Source: an uncultured Clostridia bacterium
Lineage (GTDB): Bacteria > Bacillota > Clostridia > TANB77 > CAG-508
Length of the DNA: 64,000 nt
NCBI GenBank assembly: GCA_963558405.1
Contig: CAUWGC010000009.1
Location: forward strand, 13,422-77,421
Direction of reading: 5' to 3'
Below are positions 28,750 to 37,730 of this stretch, in pieces; the stretch's first letter is position 1, and each line of letters starts with the position of its first letter. The position numbers were made by a program, and so were the translations under genes. Under the pieces are notes generated by a model, which ran no database searches, had not been told where the DNA came from, and worked only from the letters and a program-made list of their open reading frames with translations.

Positions 28750-30507
28750 ATGAAAGCTATTGATATAAGAAATACATATTTAAATTATTTTAAAGAACAT
28801 GGACATAAAATTATTCCAAGCAGTCCTGTAATTCCAGAAAATGACCCATCTGTTTTGTTTACAACTGCGGGTATGCAACCATTGGTACCATATCTTTTAG
28901 GGGAAAAGCATCCAGAAGGAACAAGAATTACAGATTATCAAAAATGTGTACGAACAGTAGATATTGATGAAGTTGGAGATAATCGCCATTTAACATTTTT
29001 TGAGATGCTAGGAAATTGGTCATTAGGAGACTATTTTAAAGAAGAATCAATACATATGAGTTTTGATTTTTTGACTAATTATTTACATATACCAGTAGAA
29101 AAATTATCTGTTACATGTTTTGCAGGAGATGATGATGCAGCTCGTGATGAGGTTTCAGCAAATTGTTGGAGAAAAGAAGGATTACCAGAGGATAGAATAT
29201 ATTTCTTTGGAAAAAAAGAAAATTGGTGGATAGCAGGAGAAGAAGGACCTTGTGGACCAGATACAGAAATGTTTTATGATACAGGAAAACCAAAATGTTG
29301 CGAAGAATGTAATCCATCTTGCGATTGCGGTAAATATGTTGAAATTTGGAATAATGTATTTATGGAATTTTATAAACATGCTGATGGAACTTATACAAAA
29401 TTAAAACAAAAAAATGTAGATACTGGTTTAGGACTAGAAAGAATGACTATGCTATTACAAGGAAAAGAAACACCATATGATACAGAATTATTTGTACCAA
29501 TAATGGAAAAACTAAAAGAATTAGCAGGTATAGATAACCTTCAAAGTAGAAGAATTGTAGCAGAACATTTACGTTCTAGCATGATGATTATTGCTGATGG
29601 AGGAAGACCAAGTAATATTGACCGTGGATATATATTAAGAAGATTAATACGTAGAATGACAAGATGTTTAAATACTTTAAAAATAAATTTAGATAATATG
29701 CCAGAATTAATAGAGCTAAATATCCAAAATTTAAAAGAAATGTATCCAGAATTAGAACAAAATAAAGAAAATATAAAACAAGTAATTATAGAAGAACAAA
29801 ACAAATTTATGCGTACATTAGAACATGGGGAAAGAGAATTTCAAAAAGTAGTTAAACGTTTAAAAGAAGAAGGAAAAAATGAAATTGATGGAAATATTAT
29901 GTTTAAATTATACGAAACATATGGATTTCCACCAGAAGTAACAGGCGACCTAGCAAAAGAACAAGGATTTACAGTAGATATGACTGCATGTGATAAATTA
30001 TTTAAAGAACATCAAGAAAAATCAAGACAAGGAAGCGAGCAAAAATTTAAAGGTGGTTTAGCAGAACAAAACGAAATAACTATTGCATATCATACAGCAA
30101 CACATCTTCTTCACAAAGCACTAAAAGTAATATTAGGAGACCATGTAAGACAAAATGGTTCAAATATTACAACAGAAAGATTACGTTTTGACTTTAACCA
30201 TCCACAAAAAATGACTAAAGAAGAAATACAAGCTGTAGAAGATTTAGTAAATCAAAAAATAAAAGAGGATTTACCAGTAACATGCGAAGAAATGAGTTTA
30301 GAAGATGCAAAAGCATCAGGTGCAACAGGTCTATTTGAAAATAAATACGGAGAAAAAGTAAAAGTATATACAATAGGCGATTTTAGTAAAGAAATTTGTG
30401 GAGGACCTCATGTTACACATACAGCAGAGTTAGGAACTTTTAAAATAAAAAAAGAAGAATCTAGTAGTAGTGGAGTTCGAAGGATAAAAGCTATTTTAAT
30501 AAAATAG
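28750..30507 (+). CDS. alaS: Alanyl-tRNA synthetase, short form (585 aa)
   Basis: LFTTAGMQP, HLTFFEMLGN, DTGLGLER, editing HTATH and CGGPH, ends at GVRRIKA. Confidence 0.95.
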   Translation: MKAIDIRNTYLNYFKEHGHKIIPSSPVIPENDPSVLFTTAGMQPLVPYLLGEKHPEGTRITDYQKCVRTVDIDEVGDNRHLTFFEMLGNWSLGDYFKEESIHMSFDFLTNYLHIPVEKLSVTCFAGDDDAARDEVSANCWRKEGLPEDRIYFFGKKENWWIAGEEGPCGPDTEMFYDTGKPKCCEECNPSCDCGKYVEIWNNVFMEFYKHADGTYTKLKQKNVDTGLGLERMTMLLQGKETPYDTELFVPIMEKLKELAGIDNLQSRRIVAEHLRSSMMIIADGGRPSNIDRGYILRRLIRRMTRCLNTLKINLDNMPELIELNIQNLKEMYPELEQNKENIKQVIIEEQNKFMRTLEHGEREFQKVVKRLKEEGKNEIDGNIMFKLYETYGFPPEVTGDLAKEQGFTVDMTACDKLFKEHQEKSRQGSEQKFKGGLAEQNEITIAYHTATHLLHKALKVILGDHVRQNGSNITTERLRFDFNHPQKMTKEEIQAVEDLVNQKIKEDLPVTCEEMSLEDAKASGATGLFENKYGEKVKVYTIGDFSKEICGGPHVTHTAELGTFKIKKEESSSSGVRRIKAILIK

Positions 30508-30519
30508 AGGAGGATAAAA

Positions 30520-30864
30520 ATGGAAGATTGTATTTTTTGTAAAATTGGTAAAGGTGAAATACCTTCAGAAAAAGTATATGAAGATGAAGAAATTGTAGCA
30601 TTTAAAGATATAAATCCAGCTACACCAATTCATATTTTGGTAATTCCAAAAAAGCATATTGAAAAAATAACAGAAATAAAAAAAGAAGATGAAGCTTTAA
30701 TAGGAAGAATGTATTCTGTAATTAATAAAATAGCAAAAGAGCAAGGATTTGCAGAAGATGGATTTAGAATGATTGTTAATTGTGGAAAAAATGCAGGACA
30801 AGAAGTTATGCACTTACATTTTCATATCTTAGCAGGAACTAAAATGGGACCTAAAATAGTATAA
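30520..30864 (+). CDS. Histidine triad (HIT) protein
   Basis: DCIFCKI, GQEVMHLHFH. Confidence 0.95.
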   Translation: MEDCIFCKIGKGEIPSEKVYEDEEIVAFKDINPATPIHILVIPKKHIEKITEIKKEDEALIGRMYSVINKIAKEQGFAEDGFRMIVNCGKNAGQEVMHLHFHILAGTKMGPKIV

Positions 30865-30938
30865 TATTTCAGTGTTAAGATAGTAAAACTATCTTGACAC
30901 TGTTTTTTAAGTTTAAAAAGAAAGGTAGGTATAATAAA

Positions 30939-31757
30939 TTGAAGGTAAAAGACATAGAAGAGTTAAAAAGAATTGCTAAAGAAATAAGAAAAGGAGTAAT
31001 AGAAGCCGTATATAACGGAAAATCTGGGCATCCAGGAGGTTCACTATCTTGTGCAGATATTTTATCAGTACTATATTTTAGCCAAATGAACATAGACCCT
31101 AAAAAACCACAAGATATGTCAAGAGATCGTTTTGTTCTTTCAAAAGGACATTGTAGTCCAGCATTATATAGTACACTTGCACTAAAGGGATATTTTGAAA
31201 TAGGAGAGCTAAAAAAATTTAGAAAAATAGATAGTATATTACAAGGGCATCCAGATAGAAAACGTATTCCTGGTGTAGATATGACAACAGGTTCACTAGG
31301 ACAAGGACTATCTTGTGCTAATGGTATGGCAATAGCTTCTAAAATGGATAAAGCTGGTTATCGCGTATATTGTTTATTGGGAGATGGGGAAATAGAAGAA
31401 GGACAAATTTGGGAAGCATGTATGACAGCTAGCAAATATAAGCTAGATAATCTATGCGTTATTGTAGACAATAACAATTTACAAATAGATGGAACAATAG
31501 AAGAAGTAATGAGTCCATACCCAATAGGTTTAAAATTTCAAAGCTTTGGGTTTAATGTCATAGAAGTCAATGGACATAACATAGAAAGTTTAATAGATGC
31601 TTTTGAAGATGCTAAAAATGTAAAAGGTAAGCCAACAGTAATAATAGCTAAAACTATAAAAGGTAAAGGTGTTTCATTTATGGAAAATCAAGTCGGATGG
31701 CATGGAAAAGCACCAAATGAAGAACAATATAAACAGGCTATACAAGAATTAAGTTAA
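30939..31757 (+). CDS. Transketolase, N-terminal subunit
   Basis: SGHPGGSLS, DRFVLSKGH, GSLGQG, GDGE; probable TTG start 30939. Confidence 0.93.
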   Translation: MKVKDIEELKRIAKEIRKGVIEAVYNGKSGHPGGSLSCADILSVLYFSQMNIDPKKPQDMSRDRFVLSKGHCSPALYSTLALKGYFEIGELKKFRKIDSILQGHPDRKRIPGVDMTTGSLGQGLSCANGMAIASKMDKAGYRVYCLLGDGEIEEGQIWEACMTASKYKLDNLCVIVDNNNLQIDGTIEEVMSPYPIGLKFQSFGFNVIEVNGHNIESLIDAFEDAKNVKGKPTVIIAKTIKGKGVSFMENQVGWHGKAPNEEQYKQAIQELS

Positions 31758-31775
31758 TATGGAGGCGAAAGAATA

Positions 31776-32714
31776 ATGAATTTAGAAATAAAAAAAGCAA
31801 CTAGGCAAAGTTATGGAGAAGCTTTACTTAGTTTAGGAGAAGAAAATAAAAATATAGTGGTATTGGATGCAGATTTAGCGGGGGCAACTAAAACAGAACT
31901 ATTTGCAAAAACATTTCCAGAAAGATTTTTTGATATAGGTATTGCAGAACAAGATTTAATGTCAACTGCAGCAGGACTTGCAACATGCGATAAAATACCA
32001 TATGCATCAACTTTTGCAGTGTTTGCAGCAGGAAGAGCTTATGATCAAATTAGAAATAGTATTTGTTATCCAGAACTAAATGTAAAAATAGTAGCAACAC
32101 ATGCAGGAATAACAGTTGGTGAAGATGGTGCAACACATCAAATGCTAGAAGATTTAAGCCTAATGCGTACTATTCCTAATATGACAGTAATGTGTACATC
32201 AGACGATACTGAAACAAAATGGGCAATAAAAGAAATAGCAAAAATAAAAGGACCAGTGTATTTAAGATTATCAAGACTTGCAACACCTATTATATATGAC
32301 GAAAACGAAACTTTTGAAATAGGAAAAGCAAAACAAATAGGAGAAGGAAAAGATTGTACTATATTTGCTACTGGAGTAATGGTATCAGAAGCAATAAAAG
32401 CTAAAGAAAAATTAAAAAAAGAAGATATAAATGTAAGAGTAGTAGATATTCATACAATCAAACCAATAGATAAAGAAATAATAATAAAATCAGCTAAAGA
32501 AACAAAAAAACTAATTTCTATAGAAGACCATAGCATAATAGGAGGATTAGGAACTGCAATTGCAGAAGTATTATCAGAAGAATATCCAAGTAAATTAATT
32601 AGAATGGGAATGAAAGATGAATTTGGAAAATCTGGTAAAGCAGAAGATTTAATGAAACATTTTCATTTAACAGCGGAAGATATTATAAAAGAAGTAAAAA
32701 AAGATAGTTTGTAA
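31776..32714 (+). CDS. Transketolase, C-terminal subunit
   Basis: GIAEQ, GEDGATHQ, GPVYLRL, EDHSIIGGLG. Confidence 0.93.
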   Translation: MNLEIKKATRQSYGEALLSLGEENKNIVVLDADLAGATKTELFAKTFPERFFDIGIAEQDLMSTAAGLATCDKIPYASTFAVFAAGRAYDQIRNSICYPELNVKIVATHAGITVGEDGATHQMLEDLSLMRTIPNMTVMCTSDDTETKWAIKEIAKIKGPVYLRLSRLATPIIYDENETFEIGKAKQIGEGKDCTIFATGVMVSEAIKAKEKLKKEDINVRVVDIHTIKPIDKEIIIKSAKETKKLISIEDHSIIGGLGTAIAEVLSEEYPSKLIRMGMKDEFGKSGKAEDLMKHFHLTAEDIIKEVKKDSL

Positions 32715-32888
32715 ATTTTTTGTGAATTATGCAAAATGGCGAAAGAATAAGAAAAACGATATAAGAGTGAAAAAAATTAAACTTTTATGTCGTTTTTTTG
32801 TATTTAAAGTGTTGCAATTCTATTAGTTTATTGTTATGATAAGATTGGTATTGATGTATACATACATATAAACTTTAAGGAGTTAAAT

Positions 32889-33572
32889 ATGATTGAATTT
32901 AGAAATGTTAAAAAAACTTATGGAACAGGTACAGAAGCTGTTAAAAATGCAAGTTTTGTTATAAATAAAGGAGAGTTTGCTTTCTTAGTTGGTAGCTCTG
33001 GTTCTGGAAAGTCTACTCTTATTAAACTTATTTTAAAAGAAGAAGAACCTACTTCTGGAAATATTATTATTAATGGAAAAGATACAACTTTTTTAAAGCC
33101 AGCAAGAGTACCATACTTAAGAAGAAGTATGGGAGTAGTATTCCAAGATTTTAGATTGTTACCAGATAAAACTGTATATGAAAATGTTGCTTTTGCTATG
33201 TATATTGTAAAAGCAACACCAAGACATATAAGAAGACAAGTTCCAATGGTGCTTTCTTTAGTAGGTTTAAGTGGAAAAGCAAAAATGTATCCAAATGAAC
33301 TTTCTGGTGGAGAACAACAAAGAGTTGCTTTAGCAAGAGCATTAGTAAATAATCCTTCTATGTTAATAGCTGACGAACCTACAGGAAATTTGGATCCTGA
33401 TACTGCATGGGAAATTATGAATTTGTTAAATGAAATTAATATGAGAGGAACAACGGTAGTAGTAGCAACACATGCTAAAGATATTGTAGATAAGATGAAT
33501 AAAAGAGTTATTCATTTAAGCAAAGGCAATATAATAAGTGATAAAAAAGGTGGGTATGATTGTGAGATTTAA
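32889..33572 (+). CDS. ftsE: Cell division ATP-binding protein FtsE
   Basis: GSSGSGKST, VVFQDFRLL, LSGGEQQRV, ADEPTGNLD. Confidence 0.95.
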   Translation: MIEFRNVKKTYGTGTEAVKNASFVINKGEFAFLVGSSGSGKSTLIKLILKEEEPTSGNIIINGKDTTFLKPARVPYLRRSMGVVFQDFRLLPDKTVYENVAFAMYIVKATPRHIRRQVPMVLSLVGLSGKAKMYPNELSGGEQQRVALARALVNNPSMLIADEPTGNLDPDTAWEIMNLLNEINMRGTTVVVATHAKDIVDKMNKRVIHLSKGNIISDKKGGYDCEI

Positions 33573-34461
33573 TATAATTGGGTATTTAATTAGAGATGGT
33601 TTACAAAATGTATTTAAAAATAGAAAGTCTACTATATCTTCTCTTACAATTATGTGTGCAACAATGCTTGTGTTTGGTATATTTTTCTTAATAGGAGAAA
33701 ATGTTAATTACATTATAAATACTGTAGAACAAGCACAAGGAATAGAAGTTTTTATAAATAATGATACAACAGAAGAAGAAATAGCAGAATTAGGAGAAAA
33801 AATACGTGCAATAGAAGCGGTAAACAAAGTTGAATATGTTACAAAAGAGCAAGCACTTAATAGACTAAAAGAAAGACTAAAAGACCAATCATATGTACTA
33901 GAAATATACGAAAAAAACAATATATTACCAACTTCTTATATTGTAACACTTACAGATTTAGCTAAAAGTAAAGAAGTACAAGAACAAATTATGACTTTTG
34001 ACCATGTAAAAGAAATTACTAGTAGTGATCAAACAATATCTACACTATTAAAAATAGCAAATGGAATTAGAATTGGTACAGGAGTATTTTTAATATTCTT
34101 AATTATTATTTCTGTATTTATTATATCTAATACTATAAAACTTAGTGTACATTCTAGAAGAAAAGAAATATCAATAATGAAATATGTTGGTGCAACAAAT
34201 AGTTTTATAAGATGGCCATTTATTATAGAAGGTATTGTTATTGGAATAATGGCAGCGCTTCTTTCAATCTTAATTATAGGATTATTATATAATGTAGTAG
34301 CAGGAAAGATTATGGAATCTTCTGTAGTTGCATTAATAAATATTTCACTATTAAGTTTTTCAGAAATGTTCAATCTAATTATAATTGTTTATATGGCATT
34401 AGGAATAGGAGTAGGTGTTTTAGGAAGTGCTATCTCTATGAGAAAATATTTAGAAGTATAG
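33562..34461 (+). CDS. ftsX: Cell division permease FtsX
   Basis: ISNTIKL...RRKEISIMKYVGATNSFIRWPF; follows ftsE; start approximate. Confidence 0.94.
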   Translation: MRFNIIGYLIRDGLQNVFKNRKSTISSLTIMCATMLVFGIFFLIGENVNYIINTVEQAQGIEVFINNDTTEEEIAELGEKIRAIEAVNKVEYVTKEQALNRLKERLKDQSYVLEIYEKNNILPTSYIVTLTDLAKSKEVQEQIMTFDHVKEITSSDQTISTLLKIANGIRIGTGVFLIFLIIISVFIISNTIKLSVHSRRKEISIMKYVGATNSFIRWPFIIEGIVIGIMAALLSILIIGLLYNVVAGKIMESSVVALINISLLSFSEMFNLIIIVYMALGIGVGVLGSAISMRKYLEV

Positions 34462-34471
34462 GAGAAAAACT

Positions 34472-35674
34472 ATGAAAAAGAATCGTATAGCAATATTTGT
34501 TTTGATTCTAATAATCTTATGTTCTTCTATGGTATTTGCAGAAGATGATGCATTGCAAAATTTACAAAATCAAAAAAATGAAATTACGGAACAAATTGAT
34601 AACACAAATGAAGAACTTTTAAAAATTCAAAATGAAATGACAGATACTTTAATACAAGTATCTGGATTAGAAGAAAAAATGCATGGATATGAATCCGAGG
34701 TGGAAGAACTAACATTAAAATTAAACAATATAAAAAAAGAGGCAGAGCAAACTGAACAAGAACTAAAAGTATTAGAAGAAAATTATCAAAAACAGACAAA
34801 GGCACTTGATGAAAGAATAATTGCAATTTATGAAGCAGGAGAAACAAATTATTTAGATGTACTTTTAAGTTCAAGAACTCTATCAGACTTTATATCAAAC
34901 TATTATGCAATTTCACAATTAGTACAATATGATGTTAGTTTAATAGAAACAATAGAAACTCAAAAACATGATATGGAAATAAAAAAAGCATCATTGGAAA
35001 ATCAAAAAGAACAAATAAAAACATTAAAGCAAAAACAAGAAAAAGTAGCTACTGTATTGGAAAATACAAAGATTGTTTACAATAATTATTACAACCAATT
35101 AACAGAACAAGAAAAGCAAACACAAACAAAATTACAAGAATTTGAAGAGCAACAAAGATTAATAGAAGAAGAAATTCAAAGATTATTAATTCAAAATTTA
35201 AGTCCAGAATATATAGGTGGTCAAATGGCTTGGCCAACACCAGGATATACTAGAATTACTTCTCCATATGGAATGAGAAATCATCCTATAACAGGAGTAT
35301 ATAAATTACATACAGGAGTGGATTTAGGAGCTCCATATGGATCAAATTTTATTTCAGCAGCAGATGGAACAGTAATAAAAGCAGGATATAATACGGCTTA
35401 TGGAAATATGGTAATTGTTGATCATGGAGGAGGTGTTTCTACTTTATATGCTCATGGTTCTAAAATTATGGTAGAAGTTGGACAAACTGTAAAAAAAGGT
35501 GATATTATTTTAAAAGTAGGGTCTACTGGATATTCTACAGGACCGCATGCACATTTTGAAGTAAGAGTAAACGGAAAATGTGTTGACCCAATGCCTTACA
35601 TAACAAATACAAATAATGATCAAAACTCAAATAATACAGTAAATAATGAACAAGTAGTAAATGTTGAAATGTAA
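34472..35674 (+). CDS. Coiled-coil M23 peptidase (EnvC/CwlO-like)
   Basis: Signal peptide, long coiled coil, HTGVD and HAHFEVR. Confidence 0.9.
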   Translation: MKKNRIAIFVLILIILCSSMVFAEDDALQNLQNQKNEITEQIDNTNEELLKIQNEMTDTLIQVSGLEEKMHGYESEVEELTLKLNNIKKEAEQTEQELKVLEENYQKQTKALDERIIAIYEAGETNYLDVLLSSRTLSDFISNYYAISQLVQYDVSLIETIETQKHDMEIKKASLENQKEQIKTLKQKQEKVATVLENTKIVYNNYYNQLTEQEKQTQTKLQEFEEQQRLIEEEIQRLLIQNLSPEYIGGQMAWPTPGYTRITSPYGMRNHPITGVYKLHTGVDLGAPYGSNFISAADGTVIKAGYNTAYGNMVIVDHGGGVSTLYAHGSKIMVEVGQTVKKGDIILKVGSTGYSTGPHAHFEVRVNGKCVDPMPYITNTNNDQNSNNTVNNEQVVNVEM

Positions 35675-35711
35675 TAAAAAAATAATAAAAAATAAAAATA
35701 CGGAGGAAAAA

Positions 35712-36974
35712 ATGAGAAAATCACTAAAAATGATTGCAATAGCAATTATTACAATCCTTTTATTAACTAATATTGTAATGGCAGATGAAAAATCAGACTT
35801 AAAAGAACAACAAGAAGAATCGCAAAGAAAAGAAAAAGAAGCAGAAGAAAGAAAAAAAGAAGTACAAGCTTCAATGACAGAAACAGAAAAAGAAATACAA
35901 GAAGTTCAAGGACAAATTTCACAATATGAAAATGAAATAGACGAATTAGATGATAAAATTACAGAATTAAATGATTCAATAGATCAAGCAGAAAAAGAAA
36001 TAGAAGAAAAACAAAAAAAACATGATGAAACCCAAGCAGCATTAGATGAGAGAATTGTAACTATTTATGAAGCAGGAGAAACTACATTTTTAGATGTATT
36101 ATTAGGTTCTGAAAGTTTTACAGATATGCTATCAAATTATTATGCTTATTCACAATTAGCAAAATATGATATAGACTTAATGGAAACTATTCAAAAAGAA
36201 AAAGAAGAAATAGAATCAGCCAAAGCTAAATTAGAACAAGATAAAAATGAAGTTCAAGATGCAAAAGCACAAAAAGAAAAGAAATCTCAAGAATTAAAAG
36301 CTGCAAAGGCTGCAAAAAATGCATATTATGATCAATTATCAGAAGAAGATAAAAAATTAGCAGACGAGTTAGAGCAATTCCAAGCAGATCAGGAAGAAAT
36401 TGAAAATAAATTAGCAGAAATTGCAAGAAAAGAAGAAGAAGAAAGAAAAAAACAAGAACAAGAAAATGGTGGAGGAAGCAGTAATATAGATATTTCTGGA
36501 ACACCAAGTAGCAGTGGATATATAAGCCCAATAGCCGGACTTACAAAAGCAAACATCACATGTGGATTTTATGGATATTCAGGCCATACTGGAGTAGATT
36601 TTAGTGGTGGACTATATGGAAGAGAAGTAAGAGCAGTAAAAGGTGGAACAGTAGAAATTTCAAAATCTACTTATGGAACTATTCCAAACTATGGATCTAA
36701 CGGTACTTATGTAGGTTCTTATCGTAGCTATGGAGAATATATTATTATAAATCATCATGATGGAACAATGACACTTTATGCACACGGAGCACCAGGTTCT
36801 AGAAAAGTTTCAGCAGGACAAGAAGTAAGTCAAGGACAAGTTATTATGAATGTAGGAAATACAGGAAATGTACTTCCAAGACCTACACCAGGAGATCCTA
36901 CAAGAGGAACACACTTACACTTTGAAGTAAGAGTTGGAGGAAGATGTGTAAATCCTGCACCATATTTACCATAG
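35712..36974 (+). CDS. Second coiled-coil M23 peptidase
   Basis: ATG after CGGAGG; signal peptide, coiled coil, HTGVD and HLHFEVR. Confidence 0.9.
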   Translation: MRKSLKMIAIAIITILLLTNIVMADEKSDLKEQQEESQRKEKEAEERKKEVQASMTETEKEIQEVQGQISQYENEIDELDDKITELNDSIDQAEKEIEEKQKKHDETQAALDERIVTIYEAGETTFLDVLLGSESFTDMLSNYYAYSQLAKYDIDLMETIQKEKEEIESAKAKLEQDKNEVQDAKAQKEKKSQELKAAKAAKNAYYDQLSEEDKKLADELEQFQADQEEIENKLAEIARKEEEERKKQEQENGGGSSNIDISGTPSSSGYISPIAGLTKANITCGFYGYSGHTGVDFSGGLYGREVRAVKGGTVEISKSTYGTIPNYGSNGTYVGSYRSYGEYIIINHHDGTMTLYAHGAPGSRKVSAGQEVSQGQVIMNVGNTGNVLPRPTPGDPTRGTHLHFEVRVGGRCVNPAPYLP

Positions 36975-37073
36975 TATAAGAAATAATATAAAAAGAAGCA
37001 TAATAAGAATTTAATATCTTATTATGTTTCTTTTTTAGTAAAATTATTTTTTATCTTAAAAAAATTACGTTTA

Positions 37074-37508
37074 TTATAAGAACTCTTTCATTTTTTCTAC
37101 ATTATTTTCTTGAAAAGTAATAAAATGGTTTAAAATAGTTTTTACTTCTTCATCTGCTTTAGGATTATGATTTATCAATTTTTTACATTCAATAATTCCC
37201 ATTGTAGAACCTTGAATTAAAAGTTCTGCAATTTTAGAATTACTTTTATCTGTTAAAGTATTCATTTGAACACCCATCCAACTCATCATTTTATTAGAAG
37301 CTTTTTCATCATCAGGAATTTCACCATATTTTTGAAATTCCTTATTAACTCTATTTTCAATTTTTTCATACTCTGCATATTGAAAAGATAAATTATCTTT
37401 CATAACAGGTTCACCAACTTTTTCAGCAACATAAGAAATAGAATCTTTTCCCATTTGTACAGCTTTATTAATTTCATTTAAAATTGTTAAATTAATATTT
37501 TCATCCAT
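37074..37508 (-). CDS. Ferritin-like four-helix protein, probably spore-associated
   Basis: Helical pattern, KIAELLIQGSTMGI, ENNVEKMKEFL; forespore-type -10 GGACATAAT upstream. Confidence 0.65.
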   Translation of the reverse strand: MDENINLTILNEINKAVQMGKDSISYVAEKVGEPVMKDNLSFQYAEYEKIENRVNKEFQKYGEIPDDEKASNKMMSWMGVQMNTLTDKSNSKIAELLIQGSTMGIIECKKLINHNPKADEEVKTILNHFITFQENNVEKMKEFL

Positions 37509-37568
37509 AAAATTAATCCTCCTAAAATTTATAATATAATAACATTATGTCCAATATAAAAAAAATCA

Positions 37569-37595
37569 TGTCAGTAGGGACGTTCCTTTTTGACA
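37569..37595. repeat. Short REP-like palindrome
   Basis: TGTCA-GT-AGGGACGTTCCT-TTT-TGACA, GC-rich in a very AT-rich spacer. Confidence 0.45.
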
Positions 37596-37730
37596 GTAAA
37601 ATAAAAAATTATAATATATTATAGTAAATTATGGAAAAATTAAAATTGACATACTTGTTTTTAAATTAAAAATATTATAAACTATTAAAAGAATATATAG
37701 ATATTTACTTTTTTAGGAGGAAAGCTATAG

